Shown piece after piece: positions 20,898-30,840 of a stretch of DNA of 64,000 bases. The notes under the pieces are model-generated. The model did not search any database, was not told the origin of the DNA, and saw only the letters and a list, made by a program, of their open reading frames with translations. Within the stretch, counting starts at the first letter, position 1, and every line of letters begins with the position of its first letter. The DNA is taken from assembly GCA_019634145.1 (NCBI GenBank), contig JAHQVU010000034.1, positions 1,254 to 65,253 on the forward strand. The letters are read 5' to 3'. This stretch comes from Micavibrio sp. (GTDB taxonomy: Bacteria; Pseudomonadota; Alphaproteobacteria; Micavibrionales; Micavibrionaceae). Made by a program: the position numbers and the translations under genes.

Positions 20898-22784
20898 ATG
20901 GCGATGAATGCTTTGCGAAGAGGCGCTTCCGGCGGAATAGGAAAATTCATACTTCTGGGCTTATTAGTATTGGCTGGTGGCGGCTTGGTACTGACCGATG
21001 CAGGTGGCTTTTTCCGAAATGGTGTTGGCAGCAACGATATCGCAAAGATTAAAGGCGACAGCCTCTCCATTCAAAAATTTGACCGCTCCCTACGCCGCGC
21101 CCTCGCGCCCTTGAATATTGGAGTAGAGCAAGCAACACAGATGGGTTACACCCGCCAAATCCTGAACAATGAAGTACGCACCATGATGATGGAAAAGGCA
21201 GCGCACGATTATGGCATACAAATCAGCCGTCCGATGATCGCCAAGGAAATACACACCATGCTGATCCCGATGGTACAAGACGGACAAAATGTTGATGATG
21301 TTTTAAACCAGGTTTTAGCCTCTCAAGGTATAAGCGAGGGCGATTTAGTTGATAGCATCAATAGAGACATGAGCGTAAACATTCTCGGCCAAACACTTCA
21401 GGCAGGCTTTGCCACACCGTCTGATGCAATAGCTAACGATCTGGCGGCTTACATGAATGAATCCCGAACACTGAAATATATTTACCTTGCGGACAGCAGC
21501 ATAAAAAACATCCCTGCCCCCACGGAAGAGCAGCTTAATGAGCTTTATAGCGCAACCAAAGAAAACTACGCCGTCCCTGAATCACGCGCAGGTCATGTCA
21601 TTATAATTTCAAACGACGATCTTAGAGAAACACTTGAAATCAGCGAAGATGACATCCGCGCCGAGTACGAAAGAAATATAGATAGCTTCACCCTTCCGGA
21701 AACGCGAAGCGTATCTCAGTCCATTTTGCGTTCGCAGGAGCAGGCAGAGGACGTTGCTAAAGCTGTCAAAGACGGCAAAAGCCTCAAGGAAGCCGTCAAA
21801 GCCGCAACCGGCGGCACCACCGATTTTATTCCAGCGCAATTAATGAATAAGGACTCCATCCTCGAAGACTTACGAGAGCCTGTTTTCGCCGCTAAAAAAG
21901 GCGATATAATAGGCCCAATCGAAACAGCACTGGGCTTTCAGGTTCTTAAATTGGAAGACTTGAAAAAAGCCAAAACCCTCACCCTGGAAGAGGCAACGAT
22001 AGACATTCGCAATGAATTAACCGACCTACGTATGAGCGACCTTAAATATGACACAGCCAACACGGTTGATGACCTTCTTGCTTCAGGCATGAGCCCAGAA
22101 GAAGTGAAAAGCGAAATACCCGTCACAATAATAGAGATCCCAGCAATTAAGGTATCAGGAGAACTAGCAGATACAGAAGCAAGCTTCCCTAAAAATCTCG
22201 AGAGCGAAAAACCCTCAGTGCTTCAAGCTCTCTACGAGCTTGAAGAAGGACAATCTTCACCTGTATATGAAATGCCAAACGGTGACATGGCCGCAGTATT
22301 TTTGAACAAAATCAACACAAAAAGCTTCCGCCCTATGGAAGAGATCAAATCCGAGCTTGAGGCGAATTGGATTAAGGATCAACAGCAATCAAAAAATGCT
22401 GCGCGCGTTGAAAAACTTATCAAAGATAATGCAGACTTTACCTCTATTGCTAAAGCATCCGGCCTATCAACAAAAACTGCGAAAAACATCAAACGCGATG
22501 CCCAGCCACCTAAACCTTTCACCCCCGTTGCAATTAGCACAATCTTTGACACAGCGCCGGCTGAAATGGCTGTTGTTGATTTACCCGAAGGCACAGCAGT
22601 CATAAAGGTGACTGGCTATAATATCGGTGATATTAAACCTGAGAATTTGGAGCAGGTAAAAACCACCTTGCAAGAAACAGTGAGCAATGAAGCCATGGCC
22701 ACATATTTCTTCTATCTTGGTAATAAATATAATGCGCGCATTAATGATCGCCTGCTCCAGCGTGCATATATGACACTGCAGTAA
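20898..22784 (+). CDS. ppiD: PpiD-like periplasmic chaperone / peptidyl-prolyl isomerase (SurA N-terminal domain protein)
   Basis: 628 aa with an N-terminal TM anchor (FILLGLLVLAGGGLVL) and a long helical chaperone region with a parvulin-like middle segment. It sits upstream of trpE, as I recall from other alphaproteobacteria. Confidence 0.75.
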   Translation: MAMNALRRGASGGIGKFILLGLLVLAGGGLVLTDAGGFFRNGVGSNDIAKIKGDSLSIQKFDRSLRRALAPLNIGVEQATQMGYTRQILNNEVRTMMMEKAAHDYGIQISRPMIAKEIHTMLIPMVQDGQNVDDVLNQVLASQGISEGDLVDSINRDMSVNILGQTLQAGFATPSDAIANDLAAYMNESRTLKYIYLADSSIKNIPAPTEEQLNELYSATKENYAVPESRAGHVIIISNDDLRETLEISEDDIRAEYERNIDSFTLPETRSVSQSILRSQEQAEDVAKAVKDGKSLKEAVKAATGGTTDFIPAQLMNKDSILEDLREPVFAAKKGDIIGPIETALGFQVLKLEDLKKAKTLTLEEATIDIRNELTDLRMSDLKYDTANTVDDLLASGMSPEEVKSEIPVTIIEIPAIKVSGELADTEASFPKNLESEKPSVLQALYELEEGQSSPVYEMPNGDMAAVFLNKINTKSFRPMEEIKSELEANWIKDQQQSKNAARVEKLIKDNADFTSIAKASGLSTKTAKNIKRDAQPPKPFTPVAISTIFDTAPAEMAVVDLPEGTAVIKVTGYNIGDIKPENLEQVKTTLQETVSNEAMATYFFYLGNKYNARINDRLLQRAYMTLQ

Positions 22785-22799
22785 AAACAGGGTATTTTA

Positions 22800-24308
22800 A
22801 TGCAAAAAACACCAACGCTCGAAAGCTTTTCTCACAACTATTCGCATGGCAAAACCCAGCTCATGTGGAAATGGATTTCGAGTGATCTGGAAACCCCTGT
22901 CTCCGCCTACCTCAAACTCTGCGGCGAAAAGCCTTACTGTTTCCTTCTAGAATCAGTAGAAGGCGGAGAAAAACTTGGACGATATTCACTGGTCGGATTT
23001 AATCCTTCATTGATATGGACTTGCAAAAACAACACAGTACAAATTCAGAATATCCCGGGCGAAACCATTATTCCTGACGAGCCCACCATTGAGTCTTTGC
23101 GTAATACATTAAACCATTCAAAAATCGATGTCGTTCCTGATGGGCTTCCGCCCATGGCTGTTTCAGGGCTATTCGGCTATCTCGGCTATGACATGGTGCG
23201 TCATATCGAAAATTTACCAGACTCAAATCCCGACGAGCTGGACATACCAAACAGCGTACTTTTCCGCCCTCAAACCCTTATCATTTTTGATAGCGTTCTA
23301 AAGATGGCCTGTGTGGTATCACCTGTATATAATCACGCAGGGAACAGTGAAATTGAGGCCAACGATGCGTTTAATGACGCTCTTTCAAATATCAACAATG
23401 TAACAACCAATCTCGCTAAACCACCAAGCGTAAAAGCAAAAAAATCAAAGCTTTCCTCGCCGCTCACCCCTCAATCAAATATGAGCGCCGAAGAGTATAA
23501 AGCCGCCGTACAAAAGGTTATCGATTACACCTATGAAGGCGATATCTTTCAAGGTGTACCAAGCCAGCGCTTTAGCGTAGATTTCGACCTACCCTCATTC
23601 ACATTCTATCGCGCCCTTCGCCGCGTCAATCCATCACCATTCCTCTTCCATCTCAGCTTTGATGGCTTCCAGCTCGCCGGTGCATCGCCTGAAATCTTGG
23701 TGCGTGTGCGAGACAACGAAGTTACCGTGCGCGCCCTTGCAGGCACACGTAAACGCGGTGCAACAGCAGAAGAGGATCAGGCGCTGAAAGCAGATCTTCT
23801 TGCAGATGAAAAAGAGCTGGCCGAGCACCTAATGCTGATTGACCTTGCCCGCAATGACGTTGGCAAAGTCAGCGAGTACGGCACCGTACGCGTCACTGAA
23901 AAATTCAAAGTCGAGTTCTATTCCCACGTCATGCACATCGTATCAAACGTTTGCGGAAAACTTAAAAGCTCGCTCGATATAATCGACGCCCTCTTCTCAG
24001 GCTTTCCCGCTGGCACACTCAGTGGCGCGCCCAAAATCCGGGCAATGGAAATCATTGACGAAGTCGAGGTCGCCCGACGCTCATTCTACTCAGGCGGTAT
24101 CGGCTATCTCTCGGCCAACGGCACGCTGGACACCTGTATCGCGATACGTACAGGCTTATTCAAAGATGGAAAGCTCTATGTTCAAAGCGGCGCAGGTGTA
24201 GTCGCTGACAGTATTCCCGAATCAGAGCATCAAGAATGCCTCAATAAAGCCAAAGCGATTATCAGGGCAGCTGAACTGGCAATTGAGGAATCACAGGATC
24301 ACGCATAA
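22800..24308 (+). CDS. trpE: Anthranilate synthase component I
   Basis: 502 aa (LLESVEGGEKLGRYS, GAGVVADS, chorismate-binding C-terminal domain). Confidence 0.95.
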   Translation: MQKTPTLESFSHNYSHGKTQLMWKWISSDLETPVSAYLKLCGEKPYCFLLESVEGGEKLGRYSLVGFNPSLIWTCKNNTVQIQNIPGETIIPDEPTIESLRNTLNHSKIDVVPDGLPPMAVSGLFGYLGYDMVRHIENLPDSNPDELDIPNSVLFRPQTLIIFDSVLKMACVVSPVYNHAGNSEIEANDAFNDALSNINNVTTNLAKPPSVKAKKSKLSSPLTPQSNMSAEEYKAAVQKVIDYTYEGDIFQGVPSQRFSVDFDLPSFTFYRALRRVNPSPFLFHLSFDGFQLAGASPEILVRVRDNEVTVRALAGTRKRGATAEEDQALKADLLADEKELAEHLMLIDLARNDVGKVSEYGTVRVTEKFKVEFYSHVMHIVSNVCGKLKSSLDIIDALFSGFPAGTLSGAPKIRAMEIIDEVEVARRSFYSGGIGYLSANGTLDTCIAIRTGLFKDGKLYVQSGAGVVADSIPESEHQECLNKAKAIIRAAELAIEESQDHA

Positions 24309-25401
24309 ATACAGCGGCCTCCTGCGCGTCTTCCTTCGCCACCCCATCACAGGCAAAGTCATCTGCTACAGAATTTTCTCCGCCATCTAAAGATATAGGC
24401 TGTAATAGAGTCGAGGCCCTCGCCTCATCTTGTTTAACCAAAGCGCTCGCATGAACAATCTCAATCCCTTTAGCTTTCAATGTTGGAATCCAGGCTTTAA
24501 GCCCTTCAATCGTTACAGTTTTTGGATGACCAATAACAATTGCCGAACCTCTACGCCTTGCAACCTGCTCCGCATTTACCAATGCCTTGGCCACAAACTC
24601 AGGACTTTCCACATGATCTAAGAAGACATCACGCTCAGCCGTTTTCATACCCATGCCACGTGCCATTTTACCCGCGACCGAGGTAGAAATTGTTTTAGAG
24701 TCGATAAAATATATATCCTTAGATTTTACACGCGAGAGCACATGACACATGATTTTCGTATTTTGCGTTAAAGCACTGCCCATATGATTGTTCAAACCAA
24801 CATATCCATCAAAAGAATCAAACGCTTGCGCCAACTGCTCATCCAATTCGGAATAACTCATCCCTTCCTTCAGGCCAATAGTGCCGATATTTATGGTTTT
24901 GTTCATAGGCTGCATCGGCATATGAATCATCAATTCATGCCCATTAGCAGAGGCGGCACGCGTCATTTTCTGCAAACCACCGGCGTATGGCAGAAAAGCC
25001 AAAGTTAACGGCACATCCAAATCAATAAGCTCGTAACCTCGCTTTTTATCCATCCCCATATCATCAATGACAACCGCGATTTTAATCCCATTTTTATGGG
25101 GCGGTACAACTTCAGCCCTATTTTTCATGACCATCTGCTTCGGTCTTAGAGCCGCTTTTATGACCAAAGGTTTTTGATAAGATTTATGCACGGCCCTAGG
25201 TTTTCGTGGGTCATTCACATCGCGATAAATTCGCACACTTTCAAAGAGCTGATTTTTTGCGGCCATAACACCTGCTGCCGGCTCGATATCTTCAATTTTT
25301 GAATGCCTAAAATCTCTATGATAAAATGCACTACCAGCTGCAACTATTATAGCGGCCAAAAGAAAACAACAAAGATAAGGAACAAACTGGCGTAGAATCA
25401 T
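24262..25401 (-). CDS. Divergent polysaccharide deacetylase family protein (YibQ-like)
   Basis: An N-terminal TM is followed by IAVVIDDMGMD...LTLAFLPYAG...HMPMQP, typical of the YibQ/DUF610 family. ATG 25401 is preferred over the track's TTG at 25446. Its 3' end overlaps the trpE 3' end by 47 nt. Confidence 0.8.
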   Translation of the reverse strand: MILRQFVPYLCCFLLAAIIVAAGSAFYHRDFRHSKIEDIEPAAGVMAAKNQLFESVRIYRDVNDPRKPRAVHKSYQKPLVIKAALRPKQMVMKNRAEVVPPHKNGIKIAVVIDDMGMDKKRGYELIDLDVPLTLAFLPYAGGLQKMTRAASANGHELMIHMPMQPMNKTINIGTIGLKEGMSYSELDEQLAQAFDSFDGYVGLNNHMGSALTQNTKIMCHVLSRVKSKDIYFIDSKTISTSVAGKMARGMGMKTAERDVFLDHVESPEFVAKALVNAEQVARRRGSAIVIGHPKTVTIEGLKAWIPTLKAKGIEIVHASALVKQDEARASTLLQPISLDGGENSVADDFACDGVAKEDAQEAAVFMRDPVIPQLPVQLP

Positions 25402-25481
25402 AAATAAATTATACCTATTATTCTGACGTATCGTAAATACGAACAAAACATTCGCTTATATTTATCCTTGCATTTTAGGCT

Positions 25482-26066
25482 ATGCTTCTTCATAAACTTG
25501 CCATGATTGTAATGATCGATAATTACGACAGCTTTACATACAACGTCGTCCAGTATCTTGGTGATCTGGGCGTTGAAACTGTTGTTTTTCGCAATGATAA
25601 AACCACACTGAATGAAATTTTATCACTCAATCCGAAAGGGCTGGTTATTTCACCCGGACCGAGTGATCCCGATAATGCAGGTATATGCCTTGATTTGGTC
25701 AAAATGGCCGTTCAAAAAGATATCCCATTACTCGGCATTTGTCTTGGCCACCAGACTATAGGCCAAGCTTTGGGTGGTAAAATCATTAAAACCCATCCAA
25801 TGCACGGCAAACGCAGCCATATTAATCACACCAATCAAAGTGTTTTTAAGGGCTTACCAAATCCATTGGAGGTCGCACGCTATCATTCTTTGATCATCGA
25901 GAAAGAAAGCCTACCCAATTGCCTTGACATTACAGCCAATATTGACGGTATCATAATGGGCGTAGCCCATAAAACCAAGCCGATCCACGGCGTGCAATTC
26001 CACCCCGAGAGCATCGCAACACAACAAGGGCACGACATGCTCAAAAACTTTACAGGGTCATTATGA
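25482..26066 (+). CDS. trpG: Anthranilate synthase component II (glutamine amidotransferase)
   Basis: Motifs IDNYDSFTYN, GICLGHQ and QFHPES. The true start may be ATG 25503 (MIVMIDNYDSF). Confidence 0.95.
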   Translation: MLLHKLAMIVMIDNYDSFTYNVVQYLGDLGVETVVFRNDKTTLNEILSLNPKGLVISPGPSDPDNAGICLDLVKMAVQKDIPLLGICLGHQTIGQALGGKIIKTHPMHGKRSHINHTNQSVFKGLPNPLEVARYHSLIIEKESLPNCLDITANIDGIIMGVAHKTKPIHGVQFHPESIATQQGHDMLKNFTGSL

Positions 26067-27073
26067 ATGAATTTCTAGATATTATTGAGGGCGGCGTCGC
26101 ACTTACAGAAGATCAAATGCAGCGCGCAATGACACAAATCATGGAAGGACAGGTCACAGACGGCGATCTTGCTGCCTTTCTAATCGGCCTCACTGAACGC
26201 GGCGAAAATGTGGACGAGCTTACAGGTGCGGCCCGCGTCATGCGCGCCAAAGCAGAAACCATCAAAGCCCCCTACGGCGCCGTCGATTGTTGCGGCACTG
26301 GCGGTGACAAACAGCACACTTACAACATTTCGACCGCCGTGGCATTGGTCGCTGCCTCCTGTGGCGTGCCCGTAGCAAAACACGGAAACCGTGCCGCCAG
26401 CTCCAAATCCGGCGCCGCCGATGTTCTCGAGGCAATAGGCGTAAATCTCGACATCCCTAAAAATGCCGTCGAAGAATCACTCAAACTCTATAACTTCGCC
26501 TTCCTCATGGCGCCCCACCACCACACCGCCATGAAGCATGTTGCCAATGTACGAAAACAACTGGGCACGCGCACAATCTTCAACCTCCTCGGCCCCCTCG
26601 CCAATCCGGCAGCCACGCGCAACCAGCTCCTCGGCGTGTACGATAAAAAGTGGGTGCTCCCGCTAGCCCAGACATTAAAGAACCTCGGCGCGAAATCGGC
26701 CTGGGTTGTAAACGGCGCTGATGGCATGGATGAAATTACAACCACGACCTCAACCTGTGTCGCAATTCTAAAAGAAGGTAAGATTGAGGAAATGGAAATC
26801 ACCCCGGCCGACTTTGGCCTCGAAATGGATGATGCTCAAGACCTGATCGGCGGTGATGTAGACATCAATGCCACCGCCCTGCGCGGCCTCCTTGAAGGCG
26901 AAACAGGCGCATACCGCAACATTGTGTTGGCAAACACAGCCGCCATCTTAAAAATACACGGCAGCGTCGAGACATTGATTGAAGGCACGGAAAAAGCCGC
27001 TACAGCCTTAGATAATGGCTCGGCTAACCAGATTCTTACTGATTATATTTGCTACACTCGGGAGTTCATGTAA
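26063..27073 (+). CDS. trpD: Anthranilate phosphoribosyltransferase
   Basis: 336 aa (CGTGGDKQHTYNISTA, KHGNRAASSKSGAADVLEA). It overlaps trpG by 4 nt. Confidence 0.96.
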   Translation: MNEFLDIIEGGVALTEDQMQRAMTQIMEGQVTDGDLAAFLIGLTERGENVDELTGAARVMRAKAETIKAPYGAVDCCGTGGDKQHTYNISTAVALVAASCGVPVAKHGNRAASSKSGAADVLEAIGVNLDIPKNAVEESLKLYNFAFLMAPHHHTAMKHVANVRKQLGTRTIFNLLGPLANPAATRNQLLGVYDKKWVLPLAQTLKNLGAKSAWVVNGADGMDEITTTTSTCVAILKEGKIEEMEITPADFGLEMDDAQDLIGGDVDINATALRGLLEGETGAYRNIVLANTAAILKIHGSVETLIEGTEKAATALDNGSANQILTDYICYTREFM

Positions 27074-27853
27074 ATGAGCGTCCTTGATGAAATCTGCGCT
27101 CGCAAAGCACAACACGTCGCTACCTGTAAAGACGCCCACCCACTGGACAAACTGCAAGCCGTCATTGACCACCAACCTGCAACGCGTGGCTTCATTAATG
27201 CTATAAAATCAAGCGATGACGCCGCACTCATCGCCGAGGTCAAAAAAGCATCCCCCAGCAAAGGCATAATCCGCGCTAATTTCGACCCTGTAAAAATCGC
27301 CCAAACCTATGAGAGCGCAGGTGCAACCTGTTTGTCCGTCCTCACTGACGAACCATACTTTCAAGGCGCCGATGAATACTTGGTCGAGATTAAAAAGAAC
27401 GTCTCCCTGCCGCTTCTACGAAAAGACTTCATGATCGACCCTTACCAGATTTTCGAATCACGCATCCTTGGCGCTGACTGCATCTTGCTCATAATGGCCG
27501 CACTATCAGATGTACAAGCCGCGGATCTCTACGAACTCGCCACCGATCTCGACATGGATGTACTGGTCGAAGTTCACAATGCAGAAGAGCTAGAGCGCGC
27601 CAAATCCCTTAAACCTGCTATGATTGGGGTCAACAACCGAAACCTAAAAACTCTCGATGTCGACATCCGCACTTCATATGACCTGCTACAACAGATGCCT
27701 GAGAACACCATCAAAGTTGCGGAAAGCGGCATATCCGATCCCGATACAATAGAAGAGCTGCATACAAATGGCTTCAATGTCTTTCTGGTCGGAGAAAGCC
27801 TTATGAAACAAGATGATATAGCGCTTGCCACCCGCACACTTCTCAAAAAATAA
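27074..27853 (+). CDS. trpC: Indole-3-glycerol phosphate synthase
   Basis: 259 aa (IAEVKKASPSKG, LRKDF, VNNRNL). It starts immediately after the trpD stop. Confidence 0.96.
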   Translation: MSVLDEICARKAQHVATCKDAHPLDKLQAVIDHQPATRGFINAIKSSDDAALIAEVKKASPSKGIIRANFDPVKIAQTYESAGATCLSVLTDEPYFQGADEYLVEIKKNVSLPLLRKDFMIDPYQIFESRILGADCILLIMAALSDVQAADLYELATDLDMDVLVEVHNAEELERAKSLKPAMIGVNNRNLKTLDVDIRTSYDLLQQMPENTIKVAESGISDPDTIEELHTNGFNVFLVGESLMKQDDIALATRTLLKK

Positions 27854-27882
27854 TTGACACAGAACGTGAACCAATATAGAAC
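27854..27882 (+). promoter_or_regulatory. Putative lexA promoter (-35 TTGACA) overlapped by the SOS operator
   Basis: TTGACA lies at 27854-27859, with A/T-rich -10 candidates (TATAGA/TAGAAC) at 27875-27882. It is 70 nt upstream of the lexA ATG. Confidence 0.45.
27868..27882 (+). promoter_or_regulatory. Alphaproteobacterial-type LexA (SOS) box GAAC-N7-GAAC
   Basis: GAACcaatataGAAC at 27868-27882 exactly matches the direct-repeat GTTC/GAAC-N7 consensus known for alphaproteobacterial LexA. A further GAAC lies at 27862-27865. Confidence 0.75.
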
Positions 27883-27951
27883 AAAAGATGTAAAAAACTT
27901 CTTTTGAACCGATTCTCGCGGAACAAAACATGACATAACGGGGCAAAGCCT

Positions 27952-28605
27952 ATGCTGACTAAGAAACAACGCGATCTCCTTTTCTTTATTCAGGAACATA
28001 TGAGCGATTCGGACATCCCTCCCTCATTCGAAGAAATGAAAGATGCATTGGGTCTCAAGTCAAAATCAGGAATTCACCGCCTCATCAGCGGGCTGGAAGA
28101 GCGCGGCTATATTGAGCGCCTTCCCCACCGTGCACGTGCACTCGAGATCAAGCGCCTCCCTGAGGGTATGGTGAAACCAAACGCCTCTGCACCCCCTCCT
28201 GCAAACAGCGCTCACAATTTTAACGAAGTTCCGCTATACGGCAAAATCGCTGCAGGCACACCGATTGAGGCTATTGTCCATCCCGGCAACTCCATCCACC
28301 TTCCACCGGGCATGATTTCCGGTTCGGGCGAGCATTACGCTTTGACGATCGATGGTGATTCCATGATTAATGCAGGCATACACGATGGTGACACAGTGAT
28401 CATCAAAAAATGTGACACCGCAGAAAATGGCGCAATCATTGTCGCCCTTGTTGATGGAGAAGAAGCTACACTTAAAACATTGCGCCGTGCCGGCGGCAAA
28501 ATTGTTCTCGAGCCAGAAAATGAAGATTACGAACCACGCGTGCTAGAGCCTGAACGTGTAGCCATCCAAGGACGCCTTGCGGGCCTTATGCGAAGCTACC
28601 ATTAA
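27952..28605 (+). CDS. lexA: LexA repressor
   Basis: 217 aa with a winged-helix N-terminus ([32 protein letters not shown]) and an S24 peptidase C-terminus ([11 protein letters not shown], and the Lys in VIIKK). Confidence 0.96.
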   Translation: MLTKKQRDLLFFIQEHMSDSDIPPSFEEMKDALGLKSKSGIHRLISGLEERGYIERLPHRARALEIKRLPEGMVKPNASAPPPANSAHNFNEVPLYGKIAAGTPIEAIVHPGNSIHLPPGMISGSGEHYALTIDGDSMINAGIHDGDTVIIKKCDTAENGAIIVALVDGEEATLKTLRRAGGKIVLEPENEDYEPRVLEPERVAIQGRLAGLMRSYH

Positions 28606-28669
28606 ATAAATTTAACAGAATCAAGGTCTCATAAACAAAATATGACGAGCGAACTGAAAGAATTTACTC

Positions 28670-28694
28670 TTAATTGAAATTTTATTTCAATTAA
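28670..28694. repeat. Perfect 10-bp AT-rich palindrome spanning the comEC stop codon (possible weak bidirectional terminator)
   Basis: ttaattgaaa (28670-28679), loop tttta, tttcaattaa (28685-28694). It lies between the convergent genes lexA and comEC. Confidence 0.35.
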
Positions 28695-30765
28695 TACCTG
28701 CAGGCTTCGGCAAATCAAACCTAGGGGCAAATGGCTCGATATGACGCACCTTGATCCGACCATGCGCCTCATATAGCCCATGTGCACCGCGATATCTAAG
28801 ATCATAAAAATTAATAATTTCAGCGCCTTGGCATAAGATGTTAACAGGTTCCTTGACAATAACAACATCTGCACCACTTTCACAAGATTCAGGAAAATCC
28901 TTGGCACGATCTATAATGTCGATTATGTGCTCTTCATAACGCACACGACACCCCGCTTCACCACAAAAAACTGTTTCACCGCCCTCTTTCTGCCACTTAT
29001 TACTTTGCATACCTGCAAGACCGTAAGAACGTTGCCAGACCTCACGAGTAAAACGCTCAGCGCGGAGGGTTGAAAAACTCAACTGCTCACCGTCATAAAA
29101 AGCAGCCAGCTTGCCGCTAGATGCCACAAGAAAGAATGGCAAGCTCGTGGTAAAAATAAACCAAAAGGCCGCTATAAAAGGAAAAATTGCCAGCACCTTA
29201 ATCCAGCCACGCACTAAAATCATGAGGATAGAAGCCGCGGAAAAACATAGCAGAACAGCTAAATCCCATTGCCCTACATTCACAACCGCTCCTTCGAGTG
29301 AAGATACGAAATGTGCTATTTTAAAGATCAGCTCACCGCCAAAACCAACAATCCACAACGGGTATTGCTCAAGCCCAAGAGGCATAAGCACATAAGAAAT
29401 CACAGCAAATGGCATAACTATAAAGCTCAAAACAGGCATAGCAAGCAAATTGCCTAGCAAGCCATATGTAGCAAGTTCTTGAAAGTGATAGAGCGTAAAC
29501 GGTGCCGTTGCAATCGTTGCCACGCAAGTTGTCGCACTCACACCCAAAAGGTAAAATCCGATACGCACCAAGGGGTTTTGATGCCCATAAAGCCTTTTCC
29601 AAAAACCTGAAGTAACATCATAGAAGTATACCAACGCCGCAACAGCAGAGAATGACAGCTGAAAACTCACATTCAACAAACTCTCAGGTGCAAGCAACAA
29701 AACAACCATAGCTGCAAAGGCGACCAGTCGCATCGACAAAGGCGTACGATCAAGAATAATAGCGAGATAAAACACCAATGCCATAAGCACTGCCCGCTGC
29801 GAAGGAATGCTGGCTCCTGCCATAAACATATAGAAAACGGCAGCACCCATCGCCACGACAGCTGCCATTTTCTTGATCGGATAGTTCAAAGCTATCGTTG
29901 GAAAAATGGCCAAGGCACAGCGGATCAGGAAAAACACAACACCTGAAAATAGCCCAATATGAAGGCCCGAAATCGCCAGCATATGCGCCAATCCGGCCTT
30001 CCTCATGGCCTCACGATTGGCCTCAGCCATACTGCCACGCTCACCAATCAGCATAGCCGCTGCAAAAGACCGCGCCTGAATATGCTCTGCACTATTACTC
30101 AAAACCTTACGGCCGATTGCCTCACGCAATGCACTAAAAAACGCCCTTCGCTCAGTATCATCAAGTACCTCAGCCGCGCCGAACGAAAAGCCCGTCGCAC
30201 CAATTCCTTGAAAATAGAGATAACGCTGAAAATCAAAACCACCTGGTATGAGCGACGGCGATGGTCGCGACAACCCACCAAGAAATGAAATGCGCTGACC
30301 GGAACGGTACGGCTTATCAAGAGTTTTTCTGAAAGTCACACGGATTTTGCGCGGTGTATCATACGCCTCTAGTCGCTCGATAATAACATCACGCAGCACC
30401 AATCGCTGCCCCTTTCCATCCTCAAGTGGTTCAGCATAATCAATCACGCCCTCAACGTTCACAGGCTGCATTTTTTTGGACAAAACAGGCGTATAAACAC
30501 TATGCGTACGCAGCTGAGCCACCAAAAACCCACACGCAAAAAGGAAAATACCAATCACGAGTAGCCGCATGATCTCAAATCGCCAGCTCCCGATGATCAG
30601 AAAAAAACTACATAGCACAGCACTTACCGAGCCGTAATAGCCAACACTTTTATACAGCGTAAAGTACATAATGATGCCAAGCGCAAAGAAAACAGGAAAC
30701 CACAAAAATCCCTGCCTGGCTTGCGTATCAACGCCTTTTCGAAAAAACTCTACCATGCCTAACAT
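28687..30765 (-). CDS. comEC: ComEC/Rec2 family DNA-uptake channel protein
   Basis: 692 aa, polytopic, with a competence-domain core (GLAHMLAISGLHIG). I see no HxHxDH metallo-beta-lactamase motif in the C-terminal region. Confidence 0.85.
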   Translation of the reverse strand: MLGMVEFFRKGVDTQARQGFLWFPVFFALGIIMYFTLYKSVGYYGSVSAVLCSFFLIIGSWRFEIMRLLVIGIFLFACGFLVAQLRTHSVYTPVLSKKMQPVNVEGVIDYAEPLEDGKGQRLVLRDVIIERLEAYDTPRKIRVTFRKTLDKPYRSGQRISFLGGLSRPSPSLIPGGFDFQRYLYFQGIGATGFSFGAAEVLDDTERRAFFSALREAIGRKVLSNSAEHIQARSFAAAMLIGERGSMAEANREAMRKAGLAHMLAISGLHIGLFSGVVFFLIRCALAIFPTIALNYPIKKMAAVVAMGAAVFYMFMAGASIPSQRAVLMALVFYLAIILDRTPLSMRLVAFAAMVVLLLAPESLLNVSFQLSFSAVAALVYFYDVTSGFWKRLYGHQNPLVRIGFYLLGVSATTCVATIATAPFTLYHFQELATYGLLGNLLAMPVLSFIVMPFAVISYVLMPLGLEQYPLWIVGFGGELIFKIAHFVSSLEGAVVNVGQWDLAVLLCFSAASILMILVRGWIKVLAIFPFIAAFWFIFTTSLPFFLVASSGKLAAFYDGEQLSFSTLRAERFTREVWQRSYGLAGMQSNKWQKEGGETVFCGEAGCRVRYEEHIIDIIDRAKDFPESCESGADVVIVKEPVNILCQGAEIINFYDLRYRGAHGLYEAHGRIKVRHIEPFAPRFDLPKPAGIN

Positions 30766-30840
30766 GAAATGACTTGCAACTCCCCGCTATGGTCAGGTAA
30801 GACCTTGAAAAGCTTTTAACAAATTTATAAATGAATTGCC

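Noticed and set aside
27906-27924. A second GAAC...GAAC pair upstream of lexA, considered as a second SOS box.
   Set aside because: The spacing is 11 nt rather than the canonical 7 nt, so I do not call it an operator. It is only noted as GAAC enrichment.
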